IMG/VR virus record: IMGVR_UViG_3300032246_003079
Reading direction: 5' to 3' (one strand)
Source: a virus
DNA: 64,000 nt
Under the pieces are notes generated by a model, which saw nothing but the letters and a program-made list of their open reading frames with translations, had not been told where the DNA came from and made no database searches. A program made the translations under genes and the position numbers. The first letter of the stretch is position 1, and each line of letters starts with the position of its first letter. Shown here one piece after another: positions 44,876 to 55,683 of this stretch.

Positions 44876-47800
44876 TGACCCAACAAAATTCAGACAGATA
44901 TATAACAAAGAAAATAAAATTTTAGTCGAAGCCGACTACGATAATATTATTTTAATTGACCCTAACAAAGTTGTCGATGCAGACAATAATGTTAAAGATA
45001 GATACGTTCAACAAGAAAACCTTGTTTTTTATGCAAATTTAGAAACACAAATTATACCAAGAACAAAATTGGCAATTGGAGATAGTTTTGATAATCCTGT
45101 TTATAATTCACAAATTGCATCCTTATCTACTTTCCCTGAAGATTTGAAACTTAATTTTTTAAGACCCAAAGGTAAAAAGGCATTTGACACAAGTTGGTCA
45201 GATGAATATACTGGTAGAGGTATTAGACAAGGTCAAGGAATTAATCAAAATTCTGAATACCAAATTAATCAAGATGGGAATACTGTTTTTAAACAAAAAG
45301 TTTTAAACTATGAAGACACTCAAACTTTAGGTATTACAGATATAAAAGTTGACGTAACACCGGCTAATGTTACAAACGTAGAAATAACAATGGAAGATAT
45401 TAGAGGTCGAGCATTATTTGAACAAGGAGACAATTCAATATATTCTGTTTTTTTTAACTTACCATACCCTCCGTTTTTTTTAACCTTGAAAGGATATTAT
45501 GGAAAAGCAATTAGGTATCAATTAAGTCTAACGGATTTTAATGCGAGTTTTGATGCATCAAAAGGTAATTTTAAAATTACTCTTAAACTTTTAAGTAGAA
45601 ATAGTGCGATACTTGCCGATAGTATAATAGGATATGCTAGAAACTCACCAAAAATGTTTCAAACAGAAACAGTAGTCACTCAAAGTACTTCAAACTCCTC
45701 AAATAATGGTGTAAATACAAACAATTCAACCACTGTTGTTGAATCAGTTGGATTACAAAAAATGAGAGAAGCTTATTCTATTTATAAAAGTAAGGGGTTA
45801 ATTACCCCCGATTTCCCTGAAATAACTTTAGAGGAATTTATTGCTAGAATAGAAAACCTACCCACCGCATTATCGGGAGCACTAAAAAAGGCGGATTTTA
45901 CAGTAATGAATGATGTTGCCGATTTTCAGACAAACTTAAATAAATTAAGAAACGAAGTCTATGCTAACTCAATAACTGACTTTTTAGATGCATCAGAAAA
46001 ATTATACAAAGGACAAATTTATTACCCATATAAAGAAAACATTTCATTTGCAGATAGGGCAAAATATAAACAACGCGTTGAAACCGCAATAAATAACTAT
46101 GTCACTTTATTAAAAAATAACAAAAGTTTTGGAACGGGAGGACAATATAAATTACCTAATAAGGGAAATATACCTGGTGAAATACCGATTAAATTTTCAA
46201 TTAATGATATTTTTGAAGAGATAGATTATAATACATTAACAGACGCAGACTTTAAAGAAACATATGTTGTTAATTTTGGCACTAATCCAACAGACAACCA
46301 ATTAAATAAATTTATTGCCGACTTTAAAAGTCTTAATCCAAATTTTTTACTTGACACAACAACCAACAATGTGGTTAATGATTTTCCCCAATATTACAAA
46401 TTTGGTGATAAAGTTGGAAGTTCTAACAATTATATTGCAAATAGTTTTTTAGATAAGATTCAAAAAATTAATGATGAGTTAAATAAAAAAAATGCAGAAA
46501 TAGAAAAGTCTCTCACTCAGTTTTTAAGTGACCAAATAGTAAATGGACCAAATGTTTTAGGGTTTATACCAACTATAAGAAACGTTATGGCGGTCTTATT
46601 TGCCGGATTAGATGGGTTTTATAGACTTATGGAAGACACCCATATAAGCGCATGGAATCAAAGAACAAACCCAATAAGGTTAGAATCAATTATACCGGCA
46701 TCAAAAAATTTTGGAGTAGATTCTAAAAATTTGGTAAACGGCACAAACCAACTTAACGATTTAAATGTGGTTTATCCTTGGCCACAATATTTTTTAAAAG
46801 AAGCTCAAAAAGATGGTTCAGAGTTATACGTTATAAAATACCCTGGTGACAGTTCAGTTATAAACACAACAAAAGGTTTTGATAGTGTTGTATGGCCCGA
46901 AGTTGCGTTTACTGAAGAATACCTTAATGCGATAGTACAAAAAACAACACCAAAATCTGCAAATGTATATAATAATCCGGCATCGTTAAGTAAAGTTTTA
47001 TCAATAAATGCGGTAGAATTTCCATTTAAAACAACACCATACGTAAATACTCAAGAACAAAATTATTTATATGAAATTTTTGAAAGAAGTTATTTAGGTG
47101 CGTATTACGCTAAATTAAATAGAAATGGATATAATCAAGAACAAATACCTGTTTTCTTAGGAAATTTAGAGGCTGAAAATATAAAACAAACTGTACAAAG
47201 TAATTTGGCACTCACTAAAATTCTAAAAGAATTTTCATTTACCTACGCCAATTTTTTACAAACATTAAGAAAAATTTCAAATAATGGTACTGGTACAAGA
47301 TGGACACTTTATTCTGACTCAGTTTTTACCACAGAGTACATAAAAAATTTATTAGAATTAAATGATGGAACACAAAATGTTGATGTTTATAATGACGTTT
47401 ATAGTATTGACACATTGTCCAATTCATCAATTGCTATAGACGGAAATGTACCATTACCCGATTCAATCAAAAATTTTATAAACGGTACTCCGGCCACCGA
47501 CACTTATTTTTTAGACAATTATCCAATAACTAATATTAATTGGTTAAAGTCAAATTTACAAGGTGGTGATAGTATTTCATCAATAAATGACTTTAATAAA
47601 ACATCAACTTATGTTTATTTAGATGAGAAAAAAACAATAGCAAGGGTAAATGAAACAGAAAACACTAAAAATATTAATGCTTTTGTTTCTAAGTATGAGT
47701 TTAAAAATTTTACACAACCTTTCATGACAAACTTGAATACAAGTGTACCGGTAAACTCACAAACTTCTTTGAGTAATTTTTATTCAACAAGAAAAGAAAA

Positions 47801-50800
47801 AGACTTATATTTTACCGAAAGTATTTTTGATTATGGAAATGAATATAGTGGTCAAGTAGCAACAAAAATACAAACAACATCATTATTGAATACTCCTTAT
47901 TTTGTTAATGCTTTAGTTCAAGGAGTTGAAAACCAAAAAACAAACGTTTCAGACCCTTACGCAGCGTTAGGTTATTTGTATTTAAATTCATTACCTTTAA
48001 TTACCACAAGAGAAAAAATTAAAAGTTTTGATGACACAAGTTCTGTTGCAACAGATTTAGATTATTTGGCGTCAACCTTTAACAAGTTTTCATCAATTCA
48101 CCGATTACCATATGCATGGGTTTTAAAATATGGAAGTATATGGCATAGGTACAAAAAATTCATTCAAACAGGAAATGACATATTAGATAATACAATTTGG
48201 ACCGATTTTGATTATTTAAAAAGTTATGACACAACAGGGACAACACCTAATGCGAATAGTAAATTAATTTTTCCATCATATACTGGAGGAACAACTCAAG
48301 TGGAAATTAAATTACAAAGTACAACAACACTAATACCAAATATTAATCAAACAATGGATAATGTCACTTTAGGGGTATATCCTAAAGTAATTAATAATGT
48401 TTATCGATTTTTCTTTAACAAAGATTTAACCATTTTAAACACGCCAACTTATCAGTCTTTTTTAGATGCCTATAATACCGTTGGTTTAAAAATAGGTACA
48501 AATTCAACTTCAGGAAAATTCTACAATTTTGGATTTGATTTACAAAATCCAAACAGAGCGTTTGTGAACAAAAATTACTACGCCTATTTTGATAATCCCG
48601 AAAGCAATCAAAAGTTTTTGTTAATCCCATCAACTGGAGGAATCAACATAAACCAAATGAATTTCGAATGTTTTGACGCAACAAATAAAATTAAAGAAGA
48701 AGTTTTTAATAACAAGGCGGTTTATAATGGAAGTGTTAGACCACTTTGGGGTGTATCACAGTTTGGTTATTTTAAAAATTCTTTAATTAAAAAACCAGCA
48801 TTTAATGAATATTTAAAAGTTGTTTACACAAACAACAGTAAAAATTTAAGTTTCGAATTAAAAAATGCGCAATCAACATATTCTAATATAGAAGAAATAT
48901 TTGCGGTATTTGAGCCGGAAATTTTAGACAAGTTTGAAAATTTATTCTTAAACTTTTGTAACCCAACACCGGCAGTATCTGATTTAATTTTAAATGAAGA
49001 ACAAACAAATTCTAGCTATACTAATCCCGGTTCAGTTAGAAATGTTACAGAAAAACGACTTTTCAATCAAATGGAATCGTTATTTATGGTTCCAAAAAAT
49101 AGTGTGACATTACTAAACGATGAATCACAAGATGGTTTACTTTTGGCTGAAAAACAAATATCTAACTTTTTTCCAAAAGTTGTAGATTTTTTAAATTTTG
49201 AGTGTGTTCTTAAAATGGGTAATTCCGGTAATTTTAAACGAAGGGTTTTTAACTATATAAGTAACAATCCTACATTCCAACCCTTAAACCCTTTAACTCT
49301 TAATCCATATATACCTGGGTCATTACCGGGTGATGGGACAGTCGGTTCACCTACATTAGCAATAAGTATTGCAAACAATCGAGATGCGTGGAACGCTCTT
49401 AGAAAATATGTGGGAGTTTTTAACCAAACACCATTTCAATATACAAATACAGGAAGTGTAATTACAGATTTTTTTACTGCGAATAATGGAATGGATATTG
49501 AGTTTACGGAGGCGAACGTTGAAGCGTTATTTCCGCTAATTAGATTATTTGCAAAACAAAAGGCTGAAGATGGAACTTTAAATAAATTAAAGTTCCAACA
49601 AGCAATTAATAATTTTTTATTACAACAACAAAATTTTAATTCGGAGAATTTAACACAAACTTTCAGTAAATTAAATGTGGACTTACCTACAACAACAACT
49701 AATGCGACAACTATCAAAAATGCAACTTCAGGTAATGTTAATAAGTTAGAAACATATTCCATTTTAAAAACAATGAATGATAAATGGATTTCAGGTACTG
49801 ATTTTTTAAATAAAACAATATTTGAAGATTTTTTATTTCAAGATAAGGCGGGTAGAGATATTGGTGATGAGTTTACTATCGACTTAGAAAAAATTAAAGG
49901 TTATTTAAAATCAAACGACAACCAAAATTATTTATCATTAATATCTCAAATATGTTCGCAAAACAATATGATTTTCTTTGCTTTACCAGCATACGTTAAT
50001 TTTTACGGTATACAGCAGGCGGTCGCAAAAAGTACACCATTACCTGTTGATGCAACTGAAACATTGTTTGGCACCTTTTTAGATGTTGATTATTTAAAAG
50101 CGTCCCCAAAATTTTTATTACTGTATACGGGTAAACCGTCAGAGTTTGTTGCAAGCAATTCTTCATTTTCAAAGTTTGCAAGTGATACATTTGATATAAG
50201 AAAATCTTCAGACAATCCATTAAGAGTACCATCTAATCCCGAAGATGACTACTCCAAAAAAAATAGAGTAGTAGGTTTTAGCGTTGATTACGGAACTCAA
50301 AACCAAAGTATTTTTAAAAGTGTTTCGATAGATATGTCTGAAAAGAAAAACACTGCAGAATCAAATAAAATGTTTGCACAACTAGGTTCATCTGTGTCAG
50401 GAGACAAAGTGGCTCAACAATCCGTTTCACTTTATAGTATATATAAAAGTAGAAGTTATAATGTTAGTATTGAAATGATGGGTAACGCCATGATGCAACC
50501 GACCATGTATTTTAACTTAAGACATGTACCATTATTCTATGGTCCGTATATGGTTTTATTTGTAAAACACGACATTAGTCAGATTAAATTTTCCACAACG
50601 ATTTCAGGACCAAGAATATCAAGATATAGTTTACCACAACCAAATAGTCTATTAGATACTGTCAATCAAAATTATATAAACGCATATAAAGAATTAATAT
50701 TAAAAGAAGTTAAAACAACAGAACCAATAACAAATGTGAACACACAACAAGGAACGGTACAACCTGGTGCGTTACAAAGCCCTGAAAATATTTGTCTTTC

Positions 50801-51440
50801 CGCAACAACGTTTACAACCACACCATTTGTTGGAATTAATATAACACCAATAACGGTTGAAGATTTAAAAACTTTATTAACGACAAATATTCCAGCAACC
50901 CAAGAAAAACTACGACCTCTTTATTTTGGTATTGCGTTTACTAGAATAAATAATAAAATTGACCAAGTTGTTTGTAATCCACCAAATTATAATCTATATG
51001 AAATATCAACTTCAAACAACTATACCGCAGACTTAAAGGCTCTTATATCTCAACAAGTGTGTTTAACAACAGCTTTAGAAAATGATACATCATCCAGACC
51101 TTACGCATCGTTCTCAGACTTTGTAGTACCAACACAATTTATACATGCTCAAGTTCAAAGTTTTTTACCTATTATAGAACAACTAAAAACTTTCAGTACA
51201 AACACCACAGATGTTGAAAAATATGCAGAAGCCTATACGTTATTTACTTTATTTTGGTTTGAAGGAAGATTTGTTAGTCCTGGAGGTGGAGTAGGTGTAT
51301 ATACTAATTTACCAACCACAACGAACGATTTCATAACTAGAAAAAATGACAAAGTAAATTCGTCGTTCCCTGACATACAAGATATTTATAATAGATATTT
51401 TGTCCAATTTAAAAATAGTTATGGTATATTTTTCCCATAA
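44865..51440 (+). CDS. Giant baseplate hub-like structural protein
   Basis: 2191 aa; LGITDIKV...EDIRGRALFE, FFLTLKGYYG and SIEMMGNAMMQPTMYFNL...GPYMV...HDI hub-like segments; follows LysM. Confidence 0.6.
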   Translation: MAVNDPTKFRQIYNKENKILVEADYDNIILIDPNKVVDADNNVKDRYVQQENLVFYANLETQIIPRTKLAIGDSFDNPVYNSQIASLSTFPEDLKLNFLRPKGKKAFDTSWSDEYTGRGIRQGQGINQNSEYQINQDGNTVFKQKVLNYEDTQTLGITDIKVDVTPANVTNVEITMEDIRGRALFEQGDNSIYSVFFNLPYPPFFLTLKGYYGKAIRYQLSLTDFNASFDASKGNFKITLKLLSRNSAILADSIIGYARNSPKMFQTETVVTQSTSNSSNNGVNTNNSTTVVESVGLQKMREAYSIYKSKGLITPDFPEITLEEFIARIENLPTALSGALKKADFTVMNDVADFQTNLNKLRNEVYANSITDFLDASEKLYKGQIYYPYKENISFADRAKYKQRVETAINNYVTLLKNNKSFGTGGQYKLPNKGNIPGEIPIKFSINDIFEEIDYNTLTDADFKETYVVNFGTNPTDNQLNKFIADFKSLNPNFLLDTTTNNVVNDFPQYYKFGDKVGSSNNYIANSFLDKIQKINDELNKKNAEIEKSLTQFLSDQIVNGPNVLGFIPTIRNVMAVLFAGLDGFYRLMEDTHISAWNQRTNPIRLESIIPASKNFGVDSKNLVNGTNQLNDLNVVYPWPQYFLKEAQKDGSELYVIKYPGDSSVINTTKGFDSVVWPEVAFTEEYLNAIVQKTTPKSANVYNNPASLSKVLSINAVEFPFKTTPYVNTQEQNYLYEIFERSYLGAYYAKLNRNGYNQEQIPVFLGNLEAENIKQTVQSNLALTKILKEFSFTYANFLQTLRKISNNGTGTRWTLYSDSVFTTEYIKNLLELNDGTQNVDVYNDVYSIDTLSNSSIAIDGNVPLPDSIKNFINGTPATDTYFLDNYPITNINWLKSNLQGGDSISSINDFNKTSTYVYLDEKKTIARVNETENTKNINAFVSKYEFKNFTQPFMTNLNTSVPVNSQTSLSNFYSTRKEKDLYFTESIFDYGNEYSGQVATKIQTTSLLNTPYFVNALVQGVENQKTNVSDPYAALGYLYLNSLPLITTREKIKSFDDTSSVATDLDYLASTFNKFSSIHRLPYAWVLKYGSIWHRYKKFIQTGNDILDNTIWTDFDYLKSYDTTGTTPNANSKLIFPSYTGGTTQVEIKLQSTTTLIPNINQTMDNVTLGVYPKVINNVYRFFFNKDLTILNTPTYQSFLDAYNTVGLKIGTNSTSGKFYNFGFDLQNPNRAFVNKNYYAYFDNPESNQKFLLIPSTGGININQMNFECFDATNKIKEEVFNNKAVYNGSVRPLWGVSQFGYFKNSLIKKPAFNEYLKVVYTNNSKNLSFELKNAQSTYSNIEEIFAVFEPEILDKFENLFLNFCNPTPAVSDLILNEEQTNSSYTNPGSVRNVTEKRLFNQMESLFMVPKNSVTLLNDESQDGLLLAEKQISNFFPKVVDFLNFECVLKMGNSGNFKRRVFNYISNNPTFQPLNPLTLNPYIPGSLPGDGTVGSPTLAISIANNRDAWNALRKYVGVFNQTPFQYTNTGSVITDFFTANNGMDIEFTEANVEALFPLIRLFAKQKAEDGTLNKLKFQQAINNFLLQQQNFNSENLTQTFSKLNVDLPTTTTNATTIKNATSGNVNKLETYSILKTMNDKWISGTDFLNKTIFEDFLFQDKAGRDIGDEFTIDLEKIKGYLKSNDNQNYLSLISQICSQNNMIFFALPAYVNFYGIQQAVAKSTPLPVDATETLFGTFLDVDYLKASPKFLLLYTGKPSEFVASNSSFSKFASDTFDIRKSSDNPLRVPSNPEDDYSKKNRVVGFSVDYGTQNQSIFKSVSIDMSEKKNTAESNKMFAQLGSSVSGDKVAQQSVSLYSIYKSRSYNVSIEMMGNAMMQPTMYFNLRHVPLFYGPYMVLFVKHDISQIKFSTTISGPRISRYSLPQPNSLLDTVNQNYINAYKELILKEVKTTEPITNVNTQQGTVQPGALQSPENICLSATTFTTTPFVGINITPITVEDLKTLLTTNIPATQEKLRPLYFGIAFTRINNKIDQVVCNPPNYNLYEISTSNNYTADLKALISQQVCLTTALENDTSSRPYASFSDFVVPTQFIHAQVQSFLPIIEQLKTFSTNTTDVEKYAEAYTLFTLFWFEGRFVSPGGGVGVYTNLPTTTNDFITRKNDKVNSSFPDIQDIYNRYFVQFKNSYGIFFP

Positions 51441-51464
51441 CATAATATTTATATAAAAAAAACT

Positions 51465-51689
51465 ATGGAAATAAAAATGTTATTAGATAATTATCTAAGA
51501 AAAGATACAAAAATTACACAAAGAGATAAAGGTAATGGGTATCAAGAAGTTTGTGATTTGGAAACTGGAGATTGTTACACAATTAGAATGAAAGATGGTC
51601 TAATTGAAAGAGTGGACAATACCATGAAAACAAATAGAACATTAAAAGTCGAAACTCCACAAGGGGTTAAAACATTATTAAATGGATAA
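51465..51689 (+). CDS. Hypothetical protein
   Basis: 74-aa ORF with CDLETGDC; TATTTATA upstream. Confidence 0.7.
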   Translation: MEIKMLLDNYLRKDTKITQRDKGNGYQEVCDLETGDCYTIRMKDGLIERVDNTMKTNRTLKVETPQGVKTLLNG

Positions 51690-51691
51690 AA

Positions 51692-52381
51692 ATGAGTATA
51701 GAAAGACAAATTTTAGAAGAGTTAAAACGTTTTAACCAAATTACAGGATATATTAATGAACAAGAAGTTGCACCGCCAGCACCCGATGCAGGAGGAGCTC
51801 CACCCGCACCTGACGCAGGAGCACCAGCACCTGACGCAGGAGCAACACCACCAGCACCTGACGCAGGAGCAACACCACCAGCACCTGACGCAGAAGGTGC
51901 TGACGCAATACCCGAACCTGTAGATGTTGAGTCAGACCCTGATGTTGAAGAAGTTGATACAAAAAAAGATGAAGAAGAAGGGGGTACTGAAGAAATAGAT
52001 ATTACAGACTTAGTAACGACCCAAGAAGAAATTAAAACCAAACAAGAAGAGTTCATGGATAGTATGTTTTCTAAATTGAATGATTTAGAAACAAAATTAA
52101 ATCAGATGGACCAAATAATGTCAAAAATAGACTCAATCGAAAGTAAAGTAGAAAAAAGTAGACCGAAGTCACCTGAAGAAAAATTGATGTTACGTTCACT
52201 TGATTCTTACCCTTATAATCAAAAATTGACAGATTATTTTGAAGACAAAAAAGAAGACTTTGAAAAACAAGGAAAAGAAGAATATATATTAACTTCAGAT
52301 GAGGTTGAAAACTATTCACCGAATGAAGTTAAAAAAACATTTGGTATTTTTGACCAAGATGATGATGAAAATACTTACTAA
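51692..52381 (+). CDS. Acidic coiled-coil protein with PAPDAG repeats (scaffold/internal-protein-like)
   Basis: ILEELKRF...INEQ leader, Pro/Ala repeats, acidic linker, heptads. Confidence 0.6.
   Translation: MSIERQILEELKRFNQITGYINEQEVAPPAPDAGGAPPAPDAGAPAPDAGATPPAPDAGATPPAPDAEGADAIPEPVDVESDPDVEEVDTKKDEEEGGTEEIDITDLVTTQEEIKTKQEEFMDSMFSKLNDLETKLNQMDQIMSKIDSIESKVEKSRPKSPEEKLMLRSLDSYPYNQKLTDYFEDKKEDFEKQGKEEYILTSDEVENYSPNEVKKTFGIFDQDDDENTY
51770..51907 (+). repeat. Tandem repeat (GCACCTGACGCAGGAGC core; 21-27-nt units) encoding PAPDAG(A)
   Basis: About five units are visible, including tandem gcacctgacgcaggagcaacaccacca copies. Confidence 0.85.
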
Positions 52382-52405
52382 ATATTTTTCATAATTATAT
52401 TTTTG

Positions 52406-52430
52406 AGGGAAGAATTATCTTCCCTTTTTT
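52406..52430 (+). terminator. Rho-independent terminator
   Basis: AGGGAAGA-atta-TCTTCCCT then TTTTT. Confidence 0.8.
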
Positions 52431-52431
52431 A

Positions 52432-52463
52432 TTTGACAAAAACAAAATTTCACTTATATTTTT
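52432..52463 (+). promoter_or_regulatory. Host-RNAP-type promoter for the replication operon
   Basis: TTTGACA-aaaacaaaatttcact-TATATTTT, the same design as the polB promoter. Confidence 0.6.
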
Positions 52464-52497
52464 CATAGATAAAAGAGTAATAATTAAAAATTTATTT

Positions 52498-53352
52498 ATG
52501 GCAAATTCAGTATTAGATTCAGTACTTGCTCAGTACGAAAAAAATTCAACATCGAGCAACAGCACAAAAACAAACATTTCCCAAGAAGACAGATTGAAGA
52601 AGTATTTTTCTGCAATTCTTCAAAAGAATGAAAAATCCGCATCACGAAGAATCCGTATCTTACCTACAAAAGATGGCTCATCACCATTTGTTGAAGTTTG
52701 GTATCATGAAATCCAAGTAAACGGACAGTGGGTTAAGTTGTATGACCCAGAGAAAAACGACAACGAACGTTCACCATTAACCGAAGTTTATAACGAATTA
52801 ATTTCAACAGGTAAAAAAGAAGATAAGGAATTGGCATCACAGTACCGTTCACGTTTATTTTACATTGTAAAAGTTATTGACCGAGATAATCAACAAGATG
52901 GTGTTAAGTTTTGGAGATTCAAACACAACTACAAACAAGAAGGTGTTTTAGATAAAATTTTACCTATTTGGAAAGCTAAAGGTGATGTAACCAATGCCGA
53001 AAAAGGTCGTGATTTAATTATTGAACTTACAAGGGCAAAAACACCACAAGGAAAAGAGTACACAGTAATTCAAACTATTATGTATGATGACCCACAACCA
53101 CTACATGCGGATAAGACAATCATGGAAGGATGGATTCAAGATGAACTTACATGGAATGATGTATATTCTAAAAAACCTGTAGAATATTTAGAGGCAGTTG
53201 CTGTTGGGGAAACTCCAATTTGGTCATCTGAACTAAAAAAATATGTTTACGGAGAAGAGTCTGAGATTTCACTTGGAAGCTCAAAACAAGAAACTGCTCC
53301 TGTTGTTGACCCACAAGCAAACGAAGAACCATCAGAAGATTTACCATTCTAA
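52498..53352 (+). CDS. Single-stranded DNA-binding protein (T4 gp32-like)
   Basis: IRILP, PFVEVWYH, VIDRD, VKFWRF, GRDLII; acidic C-terminus EDLPF. Confidence 0.8.
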   Translation: MANSVLDSVLAQYEKNSTSSNSTKTNISQEDRLKKYFSAILQKNEKSASRRIRILPTKDGSSPFVEVWYHEIQVNGQWVKLYDPEKNDNERSPLTEVYNELISTGKKEDKELASQYRSRLFYIVKVIDRDNQQDGVKFWRFKHNYKQEGVLDKILPIWKAKGDVTNAEKGRDLIIELTRAKTPQGKEYTVIQTIMYDDPQPLHADKTIMEGWIQDELTWNDVYSKKPVEYLEAVAVGETPIWSSELKKYVYGEESEISLGSSKQETAPVVDPQANEEPSEDLPF

Positions 53353-53365
53353 ATCAAACAAACAT

Positions 53366-53395
53366 AATCGGGGTTTCTACCTAAGCCCGATTTTT
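53366..53395 (+). terminator. Rho-independent terminator after SSB
   Basis: AATCGGG...CCCGATT then TTT. Confidence 0.65.
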
Positions 53396-53418
53396 ATTAA
53401 CTTTAAAAAATTAAAAAA

Positions 53419-53640
53419 ATGAACATATTTTTAGCAGAAAAATTAAAAGATGCTCTTGTGAAAAAATACGAGTCTGAAATTGCAGATGCAGAAGCAAGAT
53501 TATATGTGTATTTCACAAACCCTGTTGGTATTGGTGAGCATCCACAACACACCGAAGAAATGGATAATTTAGTCACACAACTTACAGACGCAAAAGATAA
53601 GTTGGAAACTATAAAAAATTTTAAAATTTACGAACAATAA
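53419..53640 (+). CDS. Small conserved phage protein
   Basis: Helical hairpin with NPVGIGEHP, a pattern I recognise from large myoviruses. Confidence 0.7.
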   Translation: MNIFLAEKLKDALVKKYESEIADAEARLYVYFTNPVGIGEHPQHTEEMDNLVTQLTDAKDKLETIKNFKIYEQ

Positions 53641-54647
53641 TGGCTATTAAAAAGAACGACTTTGGGTCTTTGAAAAAAAAGTTTTCTACCTCTGCAAAAT
53701 ATAAACCACAAAGATTTTTTGATTTGGGTCAACCTTTTTTGGATGCGGTTGGTTTACCTGGTCCTGCTATGGGACACATTAATATGTTCTTAGGACATTC
53801 AGATACGGGTAAGACAACGGCATTAGTTAAGACTGCGGTTGATGCTCAGAAGAAAGGTATTTTACCTGTATTCATCATCACCGAACAAAAATGGTCTTTT
53901 GACCACGCAAAACTTATGGGTTTTGACTGTGAAGAAGTTGTCGACACCGAAACAGGTGAGTTAGAATGGGACGGGTTTTACATATTTAACAATAACTTCA
54001 ATTACATCGAACAAATTACAGATTACATTAATGAATTATTAGATGCTCAAGAAAAAGGGGATTTGGATTATTCTTTATGTATTATGTGGGACTCAGTTGG
54101 TTCTGTTCCTTGTAAAATGACTTACGAAGGTAAAGGAGGAAAACAACACAACGCTTCTACTTTGGCGGACAAAATTGGTATGGGTATTAACCAACGTATT
54201 TCAGGTTCACGTAAATCTGACTCTAAATACGAAAATACTTTAATTATCGTAAATCAGCCTTGGGTACAACTTCCGGATAATCCTTTTGGACAACCTAAAA
54301 TTAAAAGTAAGGGTGGTGAAGCAATTTGGTTGAACTCATCATTAGTATTTTTGTTTGGAAATCAAAAAGAGGCTGGTACTACTAAAATTACTGCAACAAA
54401 AGATAAAAGAACAATTAAATTTGCGGCAAGAACAAAAGTTTCGGTTATGAAAAACCACATCAATGGTCTTGGTTATGACGATGGTAAAATAATTGTGACA
54501 CCACACGGATTTATTGCCGGTAAAGATACCGCTGAAGAAAAAACTAATATTGAAAAATATAAAAAAGATTATGCTGAATATTGGAAAGACATTATTGGTA
54601 TGGAAGGTGATTTTGATTTGAAAGAAGAAAAAGAAGAAGTAGAGTAG
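53640..54647 (+). CDS. RecA/UvsX-like recombinase
   Basis: GHSDTGKTT Walker A, WDSVGS Walker B, IIVNQ, GGEAI, KNHI. Confidence 0.88.
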   Translation: MAIKKNDFGSLKKKFSTSAKYKPQRFFDLGQPFLDAVGLPGPAMGHINMFLGHSDTGKTTALVKTAVDAQKKGILPVFIITEQKWSFDHAKLMGFDCEEVVDTETGELEWDGFYIFNNNFNYIEQITDYINELLDAQEKGDLDYSLCIMWDSVGSVPCKMTYEGKGGKQHNASTLADKIGMGINQRISGSRKSDSKYENTLIIVNQPWVQLPDNPFGQPKIKSKGGEAIWLNSSLVFLFGNQKEAGTTKITATKDKRTIKFAARTKVSVMKNHINGLGYDDGKIIVTPHGFIAGKDTAEEKTNIEKYKKDYAEYWKDIIGMEGDFDLKEEKEEVE

Positions 54648-54668
54648 TAATAATTTAAAAGACAAAAA

Positions 54669-55679
54669 GTGTCAAAAACGTTATTGGTTGACGGAAACAA
54701 CCTATTAAAAATCGGATTTCACGGAGTAAGAGATTTCTTTAATAAAGGAGAACACGTTGGGGGTATTTGGCACTTTCTAAATACCCTAAAACGTTTCCTT
54801 GACGAGAATAACTATAACAAAGTAGTTGTGTTTTGGGATGGAGAAACAAGTTCATCACAAAGAAGATTATTATATCCAAAATACAAACTTAATCGTAAAA
54901 CTAGTAACCCCGAAGATTTTAAAGAAGAATCGTTTTTAAAACAAAAACAACGAGTTAAACAATATCTTGAAGAGATGTTTGTTAGACAACTTGAAGTTGA
55001 AAATTCAGAAGCGGATGATTTAATTGCGTATTACTGTCAAATTTCTGAAGACGAGAATAAAACAATTTTCTCAAGCGATAGAGACCTTACACAACTTATT
55101 TCTGAAAAGGTAACTATTTATTCACCATCCACAAAAAGATATTATAAGATGGGGGACACTATCAAAATGAGCGATTTTGAAGTTCCCCATTATAATGTCA
55201 AAATAATTAAAATCCTTACAGGTGATTCATCCGATAATATCGACGGTATTTTTTATTTAGGTGAAAAGACTTTAATTAAGTTTTTTCCTGAGATACTTGA
55301 AAAAGAAGTGGAGTTATCCGATATTTTATCGAAAGGGGAAAAACTCCTTAAAGAAAATAAAGACAACAAATCATTACAAAATCTTTTGTCTGGTAAAACA
55401 AAAGAAGGTATATTTGGCGATGAGTATTATGCAATTAATAAAAAACTAATTGATTTAGATGAACCACTAATAAATCAAGAAGGTAAAGAGTTAGTTAGTT
55501 CGTACTATTCAGAATCATTAGACCCTGATGGTAGAGGGTATAAAAACCTAATTCGCATGATGATGGAAGACGGGATATTTAAATACCTACCAAAAACAGA
55601 TGATAATTGGATTTATTTTTTAAAACCGTTTTTAAAGTTAACAAGAAAAGAAAAAACAAAATTTAAAACAAAAAACTAA
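54669..55679 (+). CDS. 5'-3' exonuclease/flap endonuclease (T4 RNase H-like)
   Basis: LLVDGNN, YKLNR, EADDLIA, SSDRDLTQL, GDSSDNIDGI..LGEKT; GTG start. Confidence 0.9.
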   Translation: MSKTLLVDGNNLLKIGFHGVRDFFNKGEHVGGIWHFLNTLKRFLDENNYNKVVVFWDGETSSSQRRLLYPKYKLNRKTSNPEDFKEESFLKQKQRVKQYLEEMFVRQLEVENSEADDLIAYYCQISEDENKTIFSSDRDLTQLISEKVTIYSPSTKRYYKMGDTIKMSDFEVPHYNVKIIKILTGDSSDNIDGIFYLGEKTLIKFFPEILEKEVELSDILSKGEKLLKENKDNKSLQNLLSGKTKEGIFGDEYYAINKKLIDLDEPLINQEGKELVSSYYSESLDPDGRGYKNLIRMMMEDGIFKYLPKTDDNWIYFLKPFLKLTRKEKTKFKTKN

Positions 55680-55683
55680 AATT

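Noticed and set aside
51667-52056. Antisense ORFs over the PAPDAG repeat, and the other short opposite-strand ORFs in the track (for example 4640, 5389, 23050, 32968, 41349, 59365)
   Set aside because: They are shadows of well-supported genes on the other strand, with no motifs or start context.
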